A stretch of DNA of 64,000 nt. It comes from Candidatus Heimdallarchaeota archaeon (GTDB lineage: Archaea > Asgardarchaeota > Heimdallarchaeia > Heimdallarchaeales > Heimdallarchaeaceae). Shown here piece by piece: positions 35,043-43,722 of this stretch (position 1 is its first letter; each line of letters starts with the position of its first letter). The notes below the pieces were generated by a model, which saw nothing but the letters and a program-made list of their open reading frames with translations, ran no database searches and was not told the origin of the DNA. The position numbers were made by a program, and so were the translations under genes. The DNA lies in NCBI GenBank assembly GCA_019057375.1, contig DXJF01000045.1:24316-88315 (forward strand), in the 5' to 3' direction.

Positions 35043-36446
35043 TTGAAAGCTATCCACAAGAGAAGGGACTTGGAAATATTGAGTACCGATAACAACCTTT
35101 TGTCAAAAACACTAAATGAAGTCAAAACAAGGTTGTATCTAGATGATCGTCGTCGACTCTCTCCAATATTGTTGGGAATAATTGGTAGCTTTTCAATGAC
35201 AATTTTCATGTCCTATGTTGGTTTACACTTGAAAGACATTAATACTGTAGTCTGGATGATAACACTCATTCTTGCGTTAAGAAATATCTACCAGATATTT
35301 CTAAGAGTTCCATTAGGACATTTTTCACAAATGATTGGTAGAAAACCTTTGTTAATTGCTGGAATTGGTTTTTATACAATTAGCTTGTTTTTTCTTGCTA
35401 TAGCATCTCACTGGAGTTTAGTAATTGTAGCAATAACATTCTTGGCTATAGGAATGTCTTGCTTCTGGCCAGTAATATTTGCATATATTTCTGATGTTGA
35501 AGAAAATAAGAATCTAGGTAAAGTACAAGGGAGATTGTTCCAAGGAACAGATTTGGGGGCTATATCAGGAGCTTTGTTAGCTTTTCTTCTGTTAAAAAGG
35601 TCAAAAATAACTATTTCAACAATTTTACCATTATCAAGCATAAACATCATCAATATACCAGAAATAACATATCCCCTGTCTCAATTACGTATTCTTTTCT
35701 CTTGGGGGGCAGGTATTTCTCTAGTTGGAGTAATTGCATTAGCTTTCTTCATGCCTGAAGTACTGAAAAAGGAAGACCGACTACAAGTAGATTCCAAATT
35801 GAAAGCTTTGGGCGATGCTTTTGTCTCTATGTACCAGTCATTACTCATAGTTACAAAGCAGAAAAAACTAAGTTTCATTTACGTTATACAATTGGCGATA
35901 GCTTTTCTAGAATATATTGTTACGGCTTTCTTTCCTTTCCTAATTATAGCCAAGGGATTCTCTTATGATGTAGTTGCACAAATTGCTTGGATTACATCTT
36001 GTGTGTTGATTTTTTTCAAACCTTATCTAGGTCGATTAGTTGATAAATTAGGGTACAGAGGACCAATATTTGTTACTCTTCTTCTTTCTTCTAGTATGCT
36101 TATCCTAATGGTATTTGTGAGCTCCTTATCTTGGTTGATTGTTGTATACATGGTATATAGTGCTAGTAGCTTAACAAGTTATATTGGTGTGAATACAGGA
36201 ACGACAATGGAATCAAAAAATACCCAACGTGGCATAGCTTTAGGAGCTTTAGGATTTTATGTATCCTTGTCGAGGTCGGCCTCAACATTAAGCTTAACAC
36301 CTGTTTGGGGAAAACTAGGCATTGAAGCAGTTTTTATAACAACTTCAATTATTATTATTTCAGCTGCAATAACTATTTATCTGATATATTATTTAATAGG
36401 AAACGGAAACAAAATAAAAATAAAAAGAAAGAAAGGTTATTCCTAA
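35043..36446 (+). CDS. MFS-type transporter (about 12 TM)
   Basis: Hydrophobicity pattern with a loop 2-3-like motif GHFSQMIGRKP and GRLVDKLGYRGP in the second half. Start uncertain (TTG in the ORF track). Confidence 0.7.
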   Translation: MKAIHKRRDLEILSTDNNLLSKTLNEVKTRLYLDDRRRLSPILLGIIGSFSMTIFMSYVGLHLKDINTVVWMITLILALRNIYQIFLRVPLGHFSQMIGRKPLLIAGIGFYTISLFFLAIASHWSLVIVAITFLAIGMSCFWPVIFAYISDVEENKNLGKVQGRLFQGTDLGAISGALLAFLLLKRSKITISTILPLSSINIINIPEITYPLSQLRILFSWGAGISLVGVIALAFFMPEVLKKEDRLQVDSKLKALGDAFVSMYQSLLIVTKQKKLSFIYVIQLAIAFLEYIVTAFFPFLIIAKGFSYDVVAQIAWITSCVLIFFKPYLGRLVDKLGYRGPIFVTLLLSSSMLILMVFVSSLSWLIVVYMVYSASSLTSYIGVNTGTTMESKNTQRGIALGALGFYVSLSRSASTLSLTPVWGKLGIEAVFITTSIIIISAAITIYLIYYLIGNGNKIKIKRKKGYS

Positions 36447-36919
36447 GCCGGAACTTCTTTTTTCTCGACACCAATAAGATCTTCTTTTAATTTACCTAGT
36501 AGTGTAGCAATAGCTGCAACAATGTTCTCAGGTCTTGGAGGACAACCATAAACCCAAGCGTTTATAGGAAGAACATGATCAATACCACCTAAAATAAATG
36601 GGCATTCTTGGAATACTCCACCAGTAGTACAGCAGTTTCCTACAGCAACTACAAACTTGGGGAGAGGCATTTGTTCATAAACACGTTTGACACGTTCAGC
36701 GACTTGAGCAGTGACGGGGCCAGTGATGACGAGGACGTCAGCCTGACGGGGAGTACCACGAAGGGTGATACCATATTGTTCAAGGTCATGACGAGGAGTG
36801 AGAGCGTCTACAATCTCGATATCGCAACCATTACAGCCACCAGCATTCATATGTATAATCCATGGGGAACGAAGGGCACAATTAACACCAAATTTCTTTA
36901 ACCAACCCATTTTAAGCAC
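36443..36919 (-). CDS. Group-4 [NiFe] hydrogenase small subunit (NuoB/HycG/MbhJ-like, 158 aa)
   Basis: Proximal [4Fe-4S] ligands in GGCNGC, GNCCTTGG and GCPPRP. Confidence 0.9.
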   Translation of the reverse strand: MLKMGWLKKFGVNCALRSPWIIHMNAGGCNGCDIEIVDALTPRHDLEQYGITLRGTPRQADVLVITGPVTAQVAERVKRVYEQMPLPKFVVAVGNCCTTGGVFQECPFILGGIDHVLPINAWVYGCPPRPENIVAAIATLLGKLKEDLIGVEKKEVPA

Positions 36920-37382
36920 CTCGGAATTCCACTATTTCTTTTATTCTTTTTCCGCCAGCTTCGATAAGATCACTTAGTTTCTTATCAGCTACATCACCTT
37001 TGTAACTACCTTTGGCAACAAGCATTTCATAGTCTTGATGAATATTGAATGAGAATAGTGAAACAGATAAGTTAGGATCTCGATCAATATGAATCGCGTC
37101 AACGGGGCAATAAGTTTGGCAGTGGCCGCACCACATGCATTGTGGTTTTAATAGCCATATAATTCCATTCTCTTTGTCATCTTTCTCAATTTCTATACAA
37201 TGTGTTGGACAAACTTTCACACATGTTCCACACATAATACATCTATCTTCGATAATTCTTGGAATTGTTCTGATATCTTCTGGTGGTGGATTTTCCGCAA
37301 TCCTCTTTAGAACATGTTTTGTCACAGGTCCTTTTGCGTGGTTTTTTAGGGCTTCTCCGCCCATTACTAATACTTTTTTCAT
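36912..37382 (-). CDS. 2x[4Fe-4S] ferredoxin-type subunit (NuoI/HycF/MbhN-like, 156 aa)
   Basis: CIMCGTCVKVCP and CMWCGHCQTYCP. 8-nt overlap with the small subunit gene. Confidence 0.85.
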   Translation of the reverse strand: MKKVLVMGGEALKNHAKGPVTKHVLKRIAENPPPEDIRTIPRIIEDRCIMCGTCVKVCPTHCIEIEKDDKENGIIWLLKPQCMWCGHCQTYCPVDAIHIDRDPNLSVSLFSFNIHQDYEMLVAKGSYKGDVADKKLSDLIEAGGKRIKEIVEFRGA

Positions 37383-37394
37383 CTTCTTTTCACC

Positions 37395-38651
37395 TCAGAA
37401 AAATGGCCTATTATATTTCTTGGCCTTTATAGCTTTTCTAGCAAATTCGTCTTGATTCAGAATCATTTTTTCTCCTGTTACTTCGTTAATTATCATAACT
37501 CTGTTTGTACAGGAGAAACATGGATCGTAGCTTCTCAGAATTACTGGCATATCAGCCACATATTCCCCATCCATCCTCTTAAGGGTAGCGTCAATATTGC
37601 CTAGAGATGGTGCTCTTATTTTGTATCTTTCTGGTGTATCTGTACCATTAGCTATACCATAATGAACATCCTCACCTCTTGGTGCTTCACCTCTTGCAAA
37701 ATAGCTTCCTTCTGGGATTCTTTGTTTAACTCTTGCTAATAGTTCACCTTGAGTAGATTCAAGTTGTTCCAGAATCTGTTTACATATTTGTAGAGATTCT
37801 AAAGTTTCATCAAGCCTAACCAAAGTAGTTGCTAAGATGTCTCCTTCATTATAATAAACCAAATTCCAATCAATTTTATCGTATAATTCATATGGAGTTG
37901 CTTTTCTTACATCAAAAGGCAATCCTGAACCTCTTCCAGTAGGTCCATTGGGGGTTACTTTCTTTGCATCCTCTTTAGTTAAGACACCTACATCTTCTAA
38001 ACGATTTCGAATTGATGCTTCCTCAGTGAATACTTTCTTATGGTATTCAACTTGTTTTATTAGTTTGTCCAACATAGGTTGTGCTCTATCTGCTTTTTCT
38101 TTTGGAATGTCTCTTTTTACACCACCAGGAAGCATCAAAGCTGGATTGACTCTATTTCCACTAAAATCTTCTACAATATCCATGATAATTTCACGGTCTC
38201 TCCATGTAACATGTAACATTGTATCAAATCCTGCATCATGAGCAAGTATTCCATACCAAAGTATGTGTGAATGAATACGTTCTGCTTCTAAACTGAACAT
38301 ACGGATTAATCTTGCTCTTTCGGATATTTGATCCTCAACACCTGCAAGTTTGTCAACTAATCGAACATAAACATTTTGATGAACAGCACTACAGATACCA
38401 CAAGCTCTGGGAATTAACATGGTGTTTTGTCTCCATGTTTTATTTTCCATTGCTTTTTCAATCCCTCTGAGATTGAAACCTATTCTGATATCAGCTTCAA
38501 CCACTCTTTCTCCTTTCAAATGAATAATAAAGTGAGCTGGTTCTTCTGCCCAGGGGTGTTGTGGTCCGATAAATATGTGATGATCGGCTCCAGGGGGAGC
38601 ATCGCTACCATCTGTTAAAGTTCTAAATCTGGATCGGTATTGTTCTGTCAT
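37395..38651 (-). CDS. Group-4 [NiFe] hydrogenase large (catalytic) subunit (NuoD/HycE/MbhL-like, 418 aa)
   Basis: N-terminal NiFe-ligand motif RACGICSAVH (C84, C87) and C-terminal DPCFSCTNR (C378, C381), followed by a 34-residue tail after R384. Confidence 0.92.
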   Translation of the reverse strand: MTEQYRSRFRTLTDGSDAPPGADHHIFIGPQHPWAEEPAHFIIHLKGERVVEADIRIGFNLRGIEKAMENKTWRQNTMLIPRACGICSAVHQNVYVRLVDKLAGVEDQISERARLIRMFSLEAERIHSHILWYGILAHDAGFDTMLHVTWRDREIIMDIVEDFSGNRVNPALMLPGGVKRDIPKEKADRAQPMLDKLIKQVEYHKKVFTEEASIRNRLEDVGVLTKEDAKKVTPNGPTGRGSGLPFDVRKATPYELYDKIDWNLVYYNEGDILATTLVRLDETLESLQICKQILEQLESTQGELLARVKQRIPEGSYFARGEAPRGEDVHYGIANGTDTPERYKIRAPSLGNIDATLKRMDGEYVADMPVILRSYDPCFSCTNRVMIINEVTGEKMILNQDEFARKAIKAKKYNRPFF

Positions 38652-39175
38652 TATTTAGCCTCCTCCAAACCTTCTTTTGTAATTTTCATTGTAATTTCCT
38701 TGATCTGTTCCCAACCATACTCTTTTCGCATTGGTTTTACATCATCTGGCCATCTTTCAGGTAAGATTAACCTTTGCAGGAATGGGTGGTTTTCAAAGTA
38801 AATACCATAAAAATCATAAATTTCTCTTTCATAATAATCAGCAGCAACAAAAAATTCCAGCATACTTGGAGTTTTTGGTTTGTTTTTGTCGATTTTAGTT
38901 ATAATGAAATTTATCGGTACTTCCCTAAATTCATCTTCTATTCTGTGTTGAATATGATAACAAACGTTGAATTCATCATCTTTCTCAACACCTGATATTG
39001 TTGATAGGTGATATATGCCTGCATCTTCACGCAGTATTTTCATAAGTTCAAAGGCATTTGTCACGTTACTCATAACGTCAAAGTGACCTTCTTCAACTTT
39101 TATCACTTCTTCAACAAGGTTTCCAGGTAAAGTTACATTTAAAATTCCTTCTAATTCTTTGAGTACATCACTCAT
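38651..39175 (-). CDS. NuoC/30-kDa-subunit-like hydrogenase component (174 aa)
   Basis: Signature ADYYEREIYDFYGIYFENHP. 1-nt overlap with the large subunit gene. Confidence 0.85.
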   Translation of the reverse strand: MSDVLKELEGILNVTLPGNLVEEVIKVEEGHFDVMSNVTNAFELMKILREDAGIYHLSTISGVEKDDEFNVCYHIQHRIEDEFREVPINFIITKIDKNKPKTPSMLEFFVAADYYEREIYDFYGIYFENHPFLQRLILPERWPDDVKPMRKEYGWEQIKEITMKITKEGLEEAK

Positions 39176-39276
39176 AAGAAATCCTCACATCGCATTTTAG
39201 TTTAATCAAGAATCAGTCATAAAAAAAGGTTGTGCTGTAGAGATGTGAATGATATAAGTAAATGCTTCAAAAAAGA

Positions 39277-39960
39277 TTAACCTTTGATAAGAAGATAATC
39301 GTTCCCTTTGAATTTTTCAGGAATTTCCTGTAAATACCAGCCTCTAGCTTGTAAAACTAGAAGGTTTCCAAACACTATTGGTGTCAAACTTTGATTTCCT
39401 ACTCTGAAATTATCTTCTGAAACCCATTCTCCTTCTTCTTCTTTGAAATCAATCCATTCATTGATAGAAAGAAATCTTCCTGTATATCGAACTCCATAGG
39501 CTTTCTCTAACATTTCTGGAACCGACTCAATTATGTTTTGAGCTATGTCTTCACTCTCATTTTCAAGACCCTCAATTATTCCTTCTAGTACTGCTGTCTT
39601 AGTTTCAAAGTCATGTGCCATCTTGGGTTTTATTGGTGGAAAATGTTCAATAGATGGAAATATGGCTTCTTCTTCACAGAGAAAAACTCTTTCAGTTATA
39701 TTTCTAAACTTATATCCTCTTACAACTAAAATGATAATATATGCAATATCAATATTGTTGATTTTGTATTTTCTCTTAACTAGTTTTAATCCTTCTACAA
39801 CGCTTATTTTACTTTTAGCTTCTCCCGTACATTCATAATCATCAAAAATATCTGGGATAGATCGCATTAGATTTGTTAAAAAGAACTGATTTGTTTTATT
39901 GGAAAAGTCTATGAAATTTCTCAAAATTAGGGCGTTAGCATCATTTTCTCTGAGCACCAT
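39277..39960 (-). CDS. Hypothetical protein (227 aa)
   Basis: ORF track; lies between the hydrogenase catalytic operon and hypC; no family recognised. Confidence 0.45.
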   Translation of the reverse strand: MVLRENDANALILRNFIDFSNKTNQFFLTNLMRSIPDIFDDYECTGEAKSKISVVEGLKLVKRKYKINNIDIAYIIILVVRGYKFRNITERVFLCEEEAIFPSIEHFPPIKPKMAHDFETKTAVLEGIIEGLENESEDIAQNIIESVPEMLEKAYGVRYTGRFLSINEWIDFKEEEGEWVSEDNFRVGNQSLTPIVFGNLLVLQARGWYLQEIPEKFKGNDYLLIKG

Positions 39961-40028
39961 ACTAATAAAAAATAACAGTAATAATCTATTTAACTTATTC
40001 GTTATTCCTTTGAGGAAACTTAGAAAAA

Positions 40029-40250
40029 TCAGCTACTGAGTATCTCATCCCAGAGTTTCAAATCTTCTTTAGCTTGTTCTGGATCAAGTTTCTGAATTAT
40101 GAAACCAGTGTGAACTAAAACATAATCACCTATATCTAGAGATTCTTCAAGAAGAGTAGTATCAGCTTCGCGTCTAACACCAGTGATGTCAACCATTACT
40201 CTCTTATCATTCAGTATCTCACATACCAATCCAGGAATTGCCAAACACAT
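40029..40250 (-). CDS. hypC: Hydrogenase maturation chaperone HypC
   Basis: The N-terminus MCLAIPG is the family hallmark (essential Cys2), so the start is set at 40250 rather than the ORF-track 40259. Confidence 0.92.
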   Translation of the reverse strand: MCLAIPGLVCEILNDKRVMVDITGVRREADTTLLEESLDIGDYVLVHTGFIIQKLDPEQAKEDLKLWDEILSS

Positions 40251-40536
40251 AAGTCTCACATCATCATTTTTACTTCATTAATTAACTGTAGCCAACTGAG
40301 AGTTAAAAAACTTATCCAATTTTGCTAGAAGCGCTATGAAGTATTAAGGGTGCTTCTTAGAGAGGTGAAGAAAAACTCTTTTTTATAAATTTTTTTTCTA
40401 CATTTTTTTTCGAAATATGAACAATTAAATGATTTTTACCGGGTTTATATATCGTTTTAAAGATTAGATGGTGAGAGATTTGAGAACATAATCAGCACAA
40501 CTAGCACAGGTTCACACTCACTCTAGCTCAGCTAAG

Positions 40537-42420
40537 GTGATGAGAAACTATCAAGTGGTGTTGCAGTGTTTTGACCAGTCCCAACGAGAAGAGATTAATC
40601 AAAGAATAAGGAAATTAGAAGAAAGACAAGTTTTGCTTCTCACTCCTTTTGTTGTTAAGAAAGCTGTAGACCTCTACCGAACCAACCCGAAAGAAAGATT
40701 CTTCATTCGCAAACTAGGTAAAGCTGTGGGGATGAACCCTAATATAGCAGAGAGTGCTTTCCATTGGCTTCATATAGCTGTTAAAGGGAAGATTGACAAA
40801 GAGAAGAAAGTGCAAGGAATGCTCAACTTTCTACTAAAAAATCCTCAACAGTTGATAGAATGGCTGATTTTTGGTCGTTCTCCCTATACTGAACGTAGTC
40901 TGGAAAACTATTGGAAATTGAAAAGAAGATATATTATCAATCTTCTTACCAATTCCAGAACACAAGTGGACTCATTTTGGAGAAAGAAGAAGAAAACGAT
41001 ATATACATCTGCAACTCTTAAGCTAAACTACTTGCTCCCAACTTGTACTCAGCAAGACGTTCTCCAAGCAATCGACGATGCGTTGTTTTACTACACTCAC
41101 AAATTTTCTACACTTCAACAGCTTAATAATAATCAGCAAGCATTTCTCAACAAAATCAAACTGTTAAAGAAAGAACAAACAACAGTTGTTCCCTTCCTCA
41201 CTTCTTGGATCAACAGTCCTCAATCTTCTCGATGGAAAAGTCTCAAAGAACTCTCAGAACAACTAGCTCAAGTGCTAGGAAAGCCTACCCGAAAACTCTT
41301 TTCAGCTGTTAGGTTGATAGTCGTTTTCACACTCTTTGATTATTACATGCAGAGTATCCCTCAGTTAATCAAGGCTCTCCCAGCAGAGAAAATTGTTCCC
41401 CCATCATTTAAACGAAAAAAGAAAGGAAGATTACCAATCAAACTATTAATGAAAAAAGATTATGTTATTGCCCGTGAAGGGAATGCACAAGAATTAACCA
41501 AACAAGTAAAGAAGCAAGGAATTACTGTATTTAGTTTTCCGCAACAAGGTAAAAAGAGATTAACTGCTCAAGTTCGTTTTCCGCAGAAAATAGTAGAATA
41601 TTTGCACAATGGAGCTAATATCAAAGTTTTCCAAGTAAGCAGTGGAAAAGCACCAAGCTATAAACCTCGAGTAGATGTGGTGCTGGAAGGAACACATGAT
41701 TGTTTCCATTCTTCTACACTTCTTCACAGTTATCTTCCCCAGATTCCTGTAAAGAAAGCTTCTGTCCTTGGGATAGATATTAACCGCTTAGGACAATATA
41801 TGGTAACATTTAATGTTCCTGTTCCCCTTCCCCCAGATTTACTAGCTTTAGCAAAACACTATGATCACCTCAGCAAAAAGGTAATAGATGAACTTAATCG
41901 AGGGTATCTTCGCAAACGAAAGGAGTATGATACTTTTGAAAGCTGTAAACTCAAGGGAGAACTCAACCGTGTCTATAATCGTCGCAGTCGAATCCTTCGA
42001 GAAATCACTCGCCTTCTTCCTCATTTTCTTGCAGCAGTGTTAGTGAAGAAACGCAGTCAAGCTCTTAAAATTGAACGTCTTACTGCTGATGCTACTGGTA
42101 CTAAAGGAGCATTAGCTAAAGCCATCCTTACCATGCCCGACAGTTTGTTTATCTACAAAAAAGCTGTTTGGTTGGCTTCTTTGGAATTAGGTTATGACGT
42201 GGAGTTAGAAGTCGTTAATCCTCATTACACTAGTTCTCTTCACCATGGTTGTGGTGGAGTGCTTGCTCGAGTTAAAGGTCAATATGACTATGCTCCATGT
42301 AAGAAATGTGGTAAAAAAGTCAATACTCATTTCAATGCAGCTCATAACATCGCTTCCCTTTCTGGTACCCTACTCCCTTATGATCATTTTCCCTCAACGC
42401 ACGTGAGGGGATCCAATTAA
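40537..42420 (+). CDS. TnpB/Cas12-like RuvC-fold protein with zinc ribbon and long N-terminal extension (627 aa)
   Basis: RuvC-I VLGIDINR (D414), RuvC-II LKIERL (E513), NPHYTSS, zinc ribbon HHGC...CKKCG, RuvC-III-like NTHFNAAHNIA. GTG at 40537 followed by ATG at 40540. Confidence 0.8.
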   Translation: MMRNYQVVLQCFDQSQREEINQRIRKLEERQVLLLTPFVVKKAVDLYRTNPKERFFIRKLGKAVGMNPNIAESAFHWLHIAVKGKIDKEKKVQGMLNFLLKNPQQLIEWLIFGRSPYTERSLENYWKLKRRYIINLLTNSRTQVDSFWRKKKKTIYTSATLKLNYLLPTCTQQDVLQAIDDALFYYTHKFSTLQQLNNNQQAFLNKIKLLKKEQTTVVPFLTSWINSPQSSRWKSLKELSEQLAQVLGKPTRKLFSAVRLIVVFTLFDYYMQSIPQLIKALPAEKIVPPSFKRKKKGRLPIKLLMKKDYVIAREGNAQELTKQVKKQGITVFSFPQQGKKRLTAQVRFPQKIVEYLHNGANIKVFQVSSGKAPSYKPRVDVVLEGTHDCFHSSTLLHSYLPQIPVKKASVLGIDINRLGQYMVTFNVPVPLPPDLLALAKHYDHLSKKVIDELNRGYLRKRKEYDTFESCKLKGELNRVYNRRSRILREITRLLPHFLAAVLVKKRSQALKIERLTADATGTKGALAKAILTMPDSLFIYKKAVWLASLELGYDVELEVVNPHYTSSLHHGCGGVLARVKGQYDYAPCKKCGKKVNTHFNAAHNIASLSGTLLPYDHFPSTHVRGSN

Positions 42421-42425
42421 ACGAC

Positions 42426-42453
42426 GGTTAAAAGCCTTTTGGCAAGTTTAACC
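42426..42453 (+). other. Stem-loop 6 nt after the tnpB-like stop codon (candidate right-end / guide-RNA scaffold hairpin, or terminator)
   Basis: GGTTAAA-A-GCC-TTTT-GGC-AAG-TTTAACC: a 7-bp plus 3-bp stem with a UUUU loop. Confidence 0.4.
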
Positions 42454-42484
42454 AAGTTTCATAACGTGTGTTTTCATCTAGCAA

Positions 42485-43588
42485 CTAATCTTCCCAAATT
42501 ATCTCTTCGTAAGTAGCTGCTACATTACATGTACCTTCATGACTGACCATACATGCCCCAATTGGATGATCAGGTCTACAAGCTTTATTAAATAATTTAC
42601 ATTTATGTGGTTTAGATTTTCCAACCAGAATTTCATCACAAATACAACCACTATGAAGATCTGTAACCTCAAGCTCAGGGATTTCATATTTCTTCTTAGC
42701 ATCAATATGACTATACTTATCAGCTATCTCATGACCTGTATCTGGCCAAACACCCAAACCTCTCCACCTTGCATCAGAAACAACATAAGCTTCTTCCATT
42801 GTTTTGAGAGCTGCAACATTACCTTCGTATCTTACATAACGTTTGTACATATTATCAACTCTTGAGGTATTTTCATTGAATTGCTTCAACAGTGCATAAA
42901 TTCCAACAAGGATATCTACTGGTTCAAAACCAGCTACAGCAACAGGAAAATTATATTTTTCAGGAATAAAATCATAAGGTTTGGCGCCAATAATTGTAGA
43001 AACATGACCCGGAGCTAAAAATCCTTGAAATTCTAAATCATCTCTTTGCAATAAAAGTTCCATTGCTGGGGGAACAAGCTTATGTGATGAGTAGATACTG
43101 AAATTGGGAAGTGTAGTACGGACAACTTCAGCAGCTGTAACACAAGAGGTAGTTTCAAAGCCAACACTGAAGAAAAGAACATCTCTGTCAGGTGTTTGTT
43201 CTGCAAGTTTGATAGCATCAGATACACTATAAACTACGCGAACATCAACACCCCTTCCTTGAGCCTGATATAGAGACTCTTTAGAACCAGGGACACGCAT
43301 CATATCACCAAAAGTGGCAATAATAACATTATGATTATCAGCAATCCAAAGAACTTCATCAACATCTTGGGCACTAGAGACACAAACGGGACATCCAGGA
43401 CCAGCTATCAAGTCTATTTCTTTTGGTAATAATGAACGCAATCCTGCTTTTACTAAGTCATGTTCATGGGTTCCACAAACATGCATAATACGTACTTTTC
43501 CACCTATTTGTTCTGTCAGTTGTTTTATCTTCTTAATTATGGCATCAACTAGTTCTTTATCTCGATACTTTTGTGTTGGTTCTGACAT
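42485..43588 (-). CDS. hypD: Hydrogenase maturation protein HypD (367 aa)
   Basis: HVCGTHEH, GPGCPVCV and a C-terminal Cys cluster (CKLFNKAC ... GACMVSHEGTC). Confidence 0.93.
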   Translation of the reverse strand: MSEPTQKYRDKELVDAIIKKIKQLTEQIGGKVRIMHVCGTHEHDLVKAGLRSLLPKEIDLIAGPGCPVCVSSAQDVDEVLWIADNHNVIIATFGDMMRVPGSKESLYQAQGRGVDVRVVYSVSDAIKLAEQTPDRDVLFFSVGFETTSCVTAAEVVRTTLPNFSIYSSHKLVPPAMELLLQRDDLEFQGFLAPGHVSTIIGAKPYDFIPEKYNFPVAVAGFEPVDILVGIYALLKQFNENTSRVDNMYKRYVRYEGNVAALKTMEEAYVVSDARWRGLGVWPDTGHEIADKYSHIDAKKKYEIPELEVTDLHSGCICDEILVGKSKPHKCKLFNKACRPDHPIGACMVSHEGTCNVAATYEEIIWED

Positions 43589-43722
43589 TTCAACTAAATC
43601 CCAATACTCTCTGAGGGTGCAAAAATAGACTAAATAAAAAACTTCTTTTATTTGACTAAATAATCAAGAATCTTTTTTAATGTATAAAGTAATTTAAGAC
43701 CAGTAGACAAATAATTAAGAGT

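Larger units (their letters stand above)
40260..42484. mobile_element. Putative tnpB-only IS200/IS605-type (IS1341-like) insertion or domesticated derivative between hypC and hypD; boundaries not determined
   Basis: hypD and hypC are normally adjacent. Here they are separated by 2.2 kb carrying an opposite-strand TnpB-like gene with higher GC than the flanks. No tnpA present. Confidence 0.4.

Noticed and set aside
35003-35209. 68-aa minus-strand ORF at the MFS transporter 5' end
   Set aside because: It overlaps the transporter's N-terminal region, has no motif, and looks like a spurious ORF in AT-rich sequence.
40282-40306. Possible left-end hairpin of the tnpB-like element (TTAACT ... AGTTAA, 6-bp stem, 13-nt loop)
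   Set aside because: The stem is short, AT-only, and easily arises by chance in this AT-rich spacer. It lies only ~30 nt upstream of the hypC start, so it could equally belong to hypC regulation. The element boundaries therefore remain undefined.
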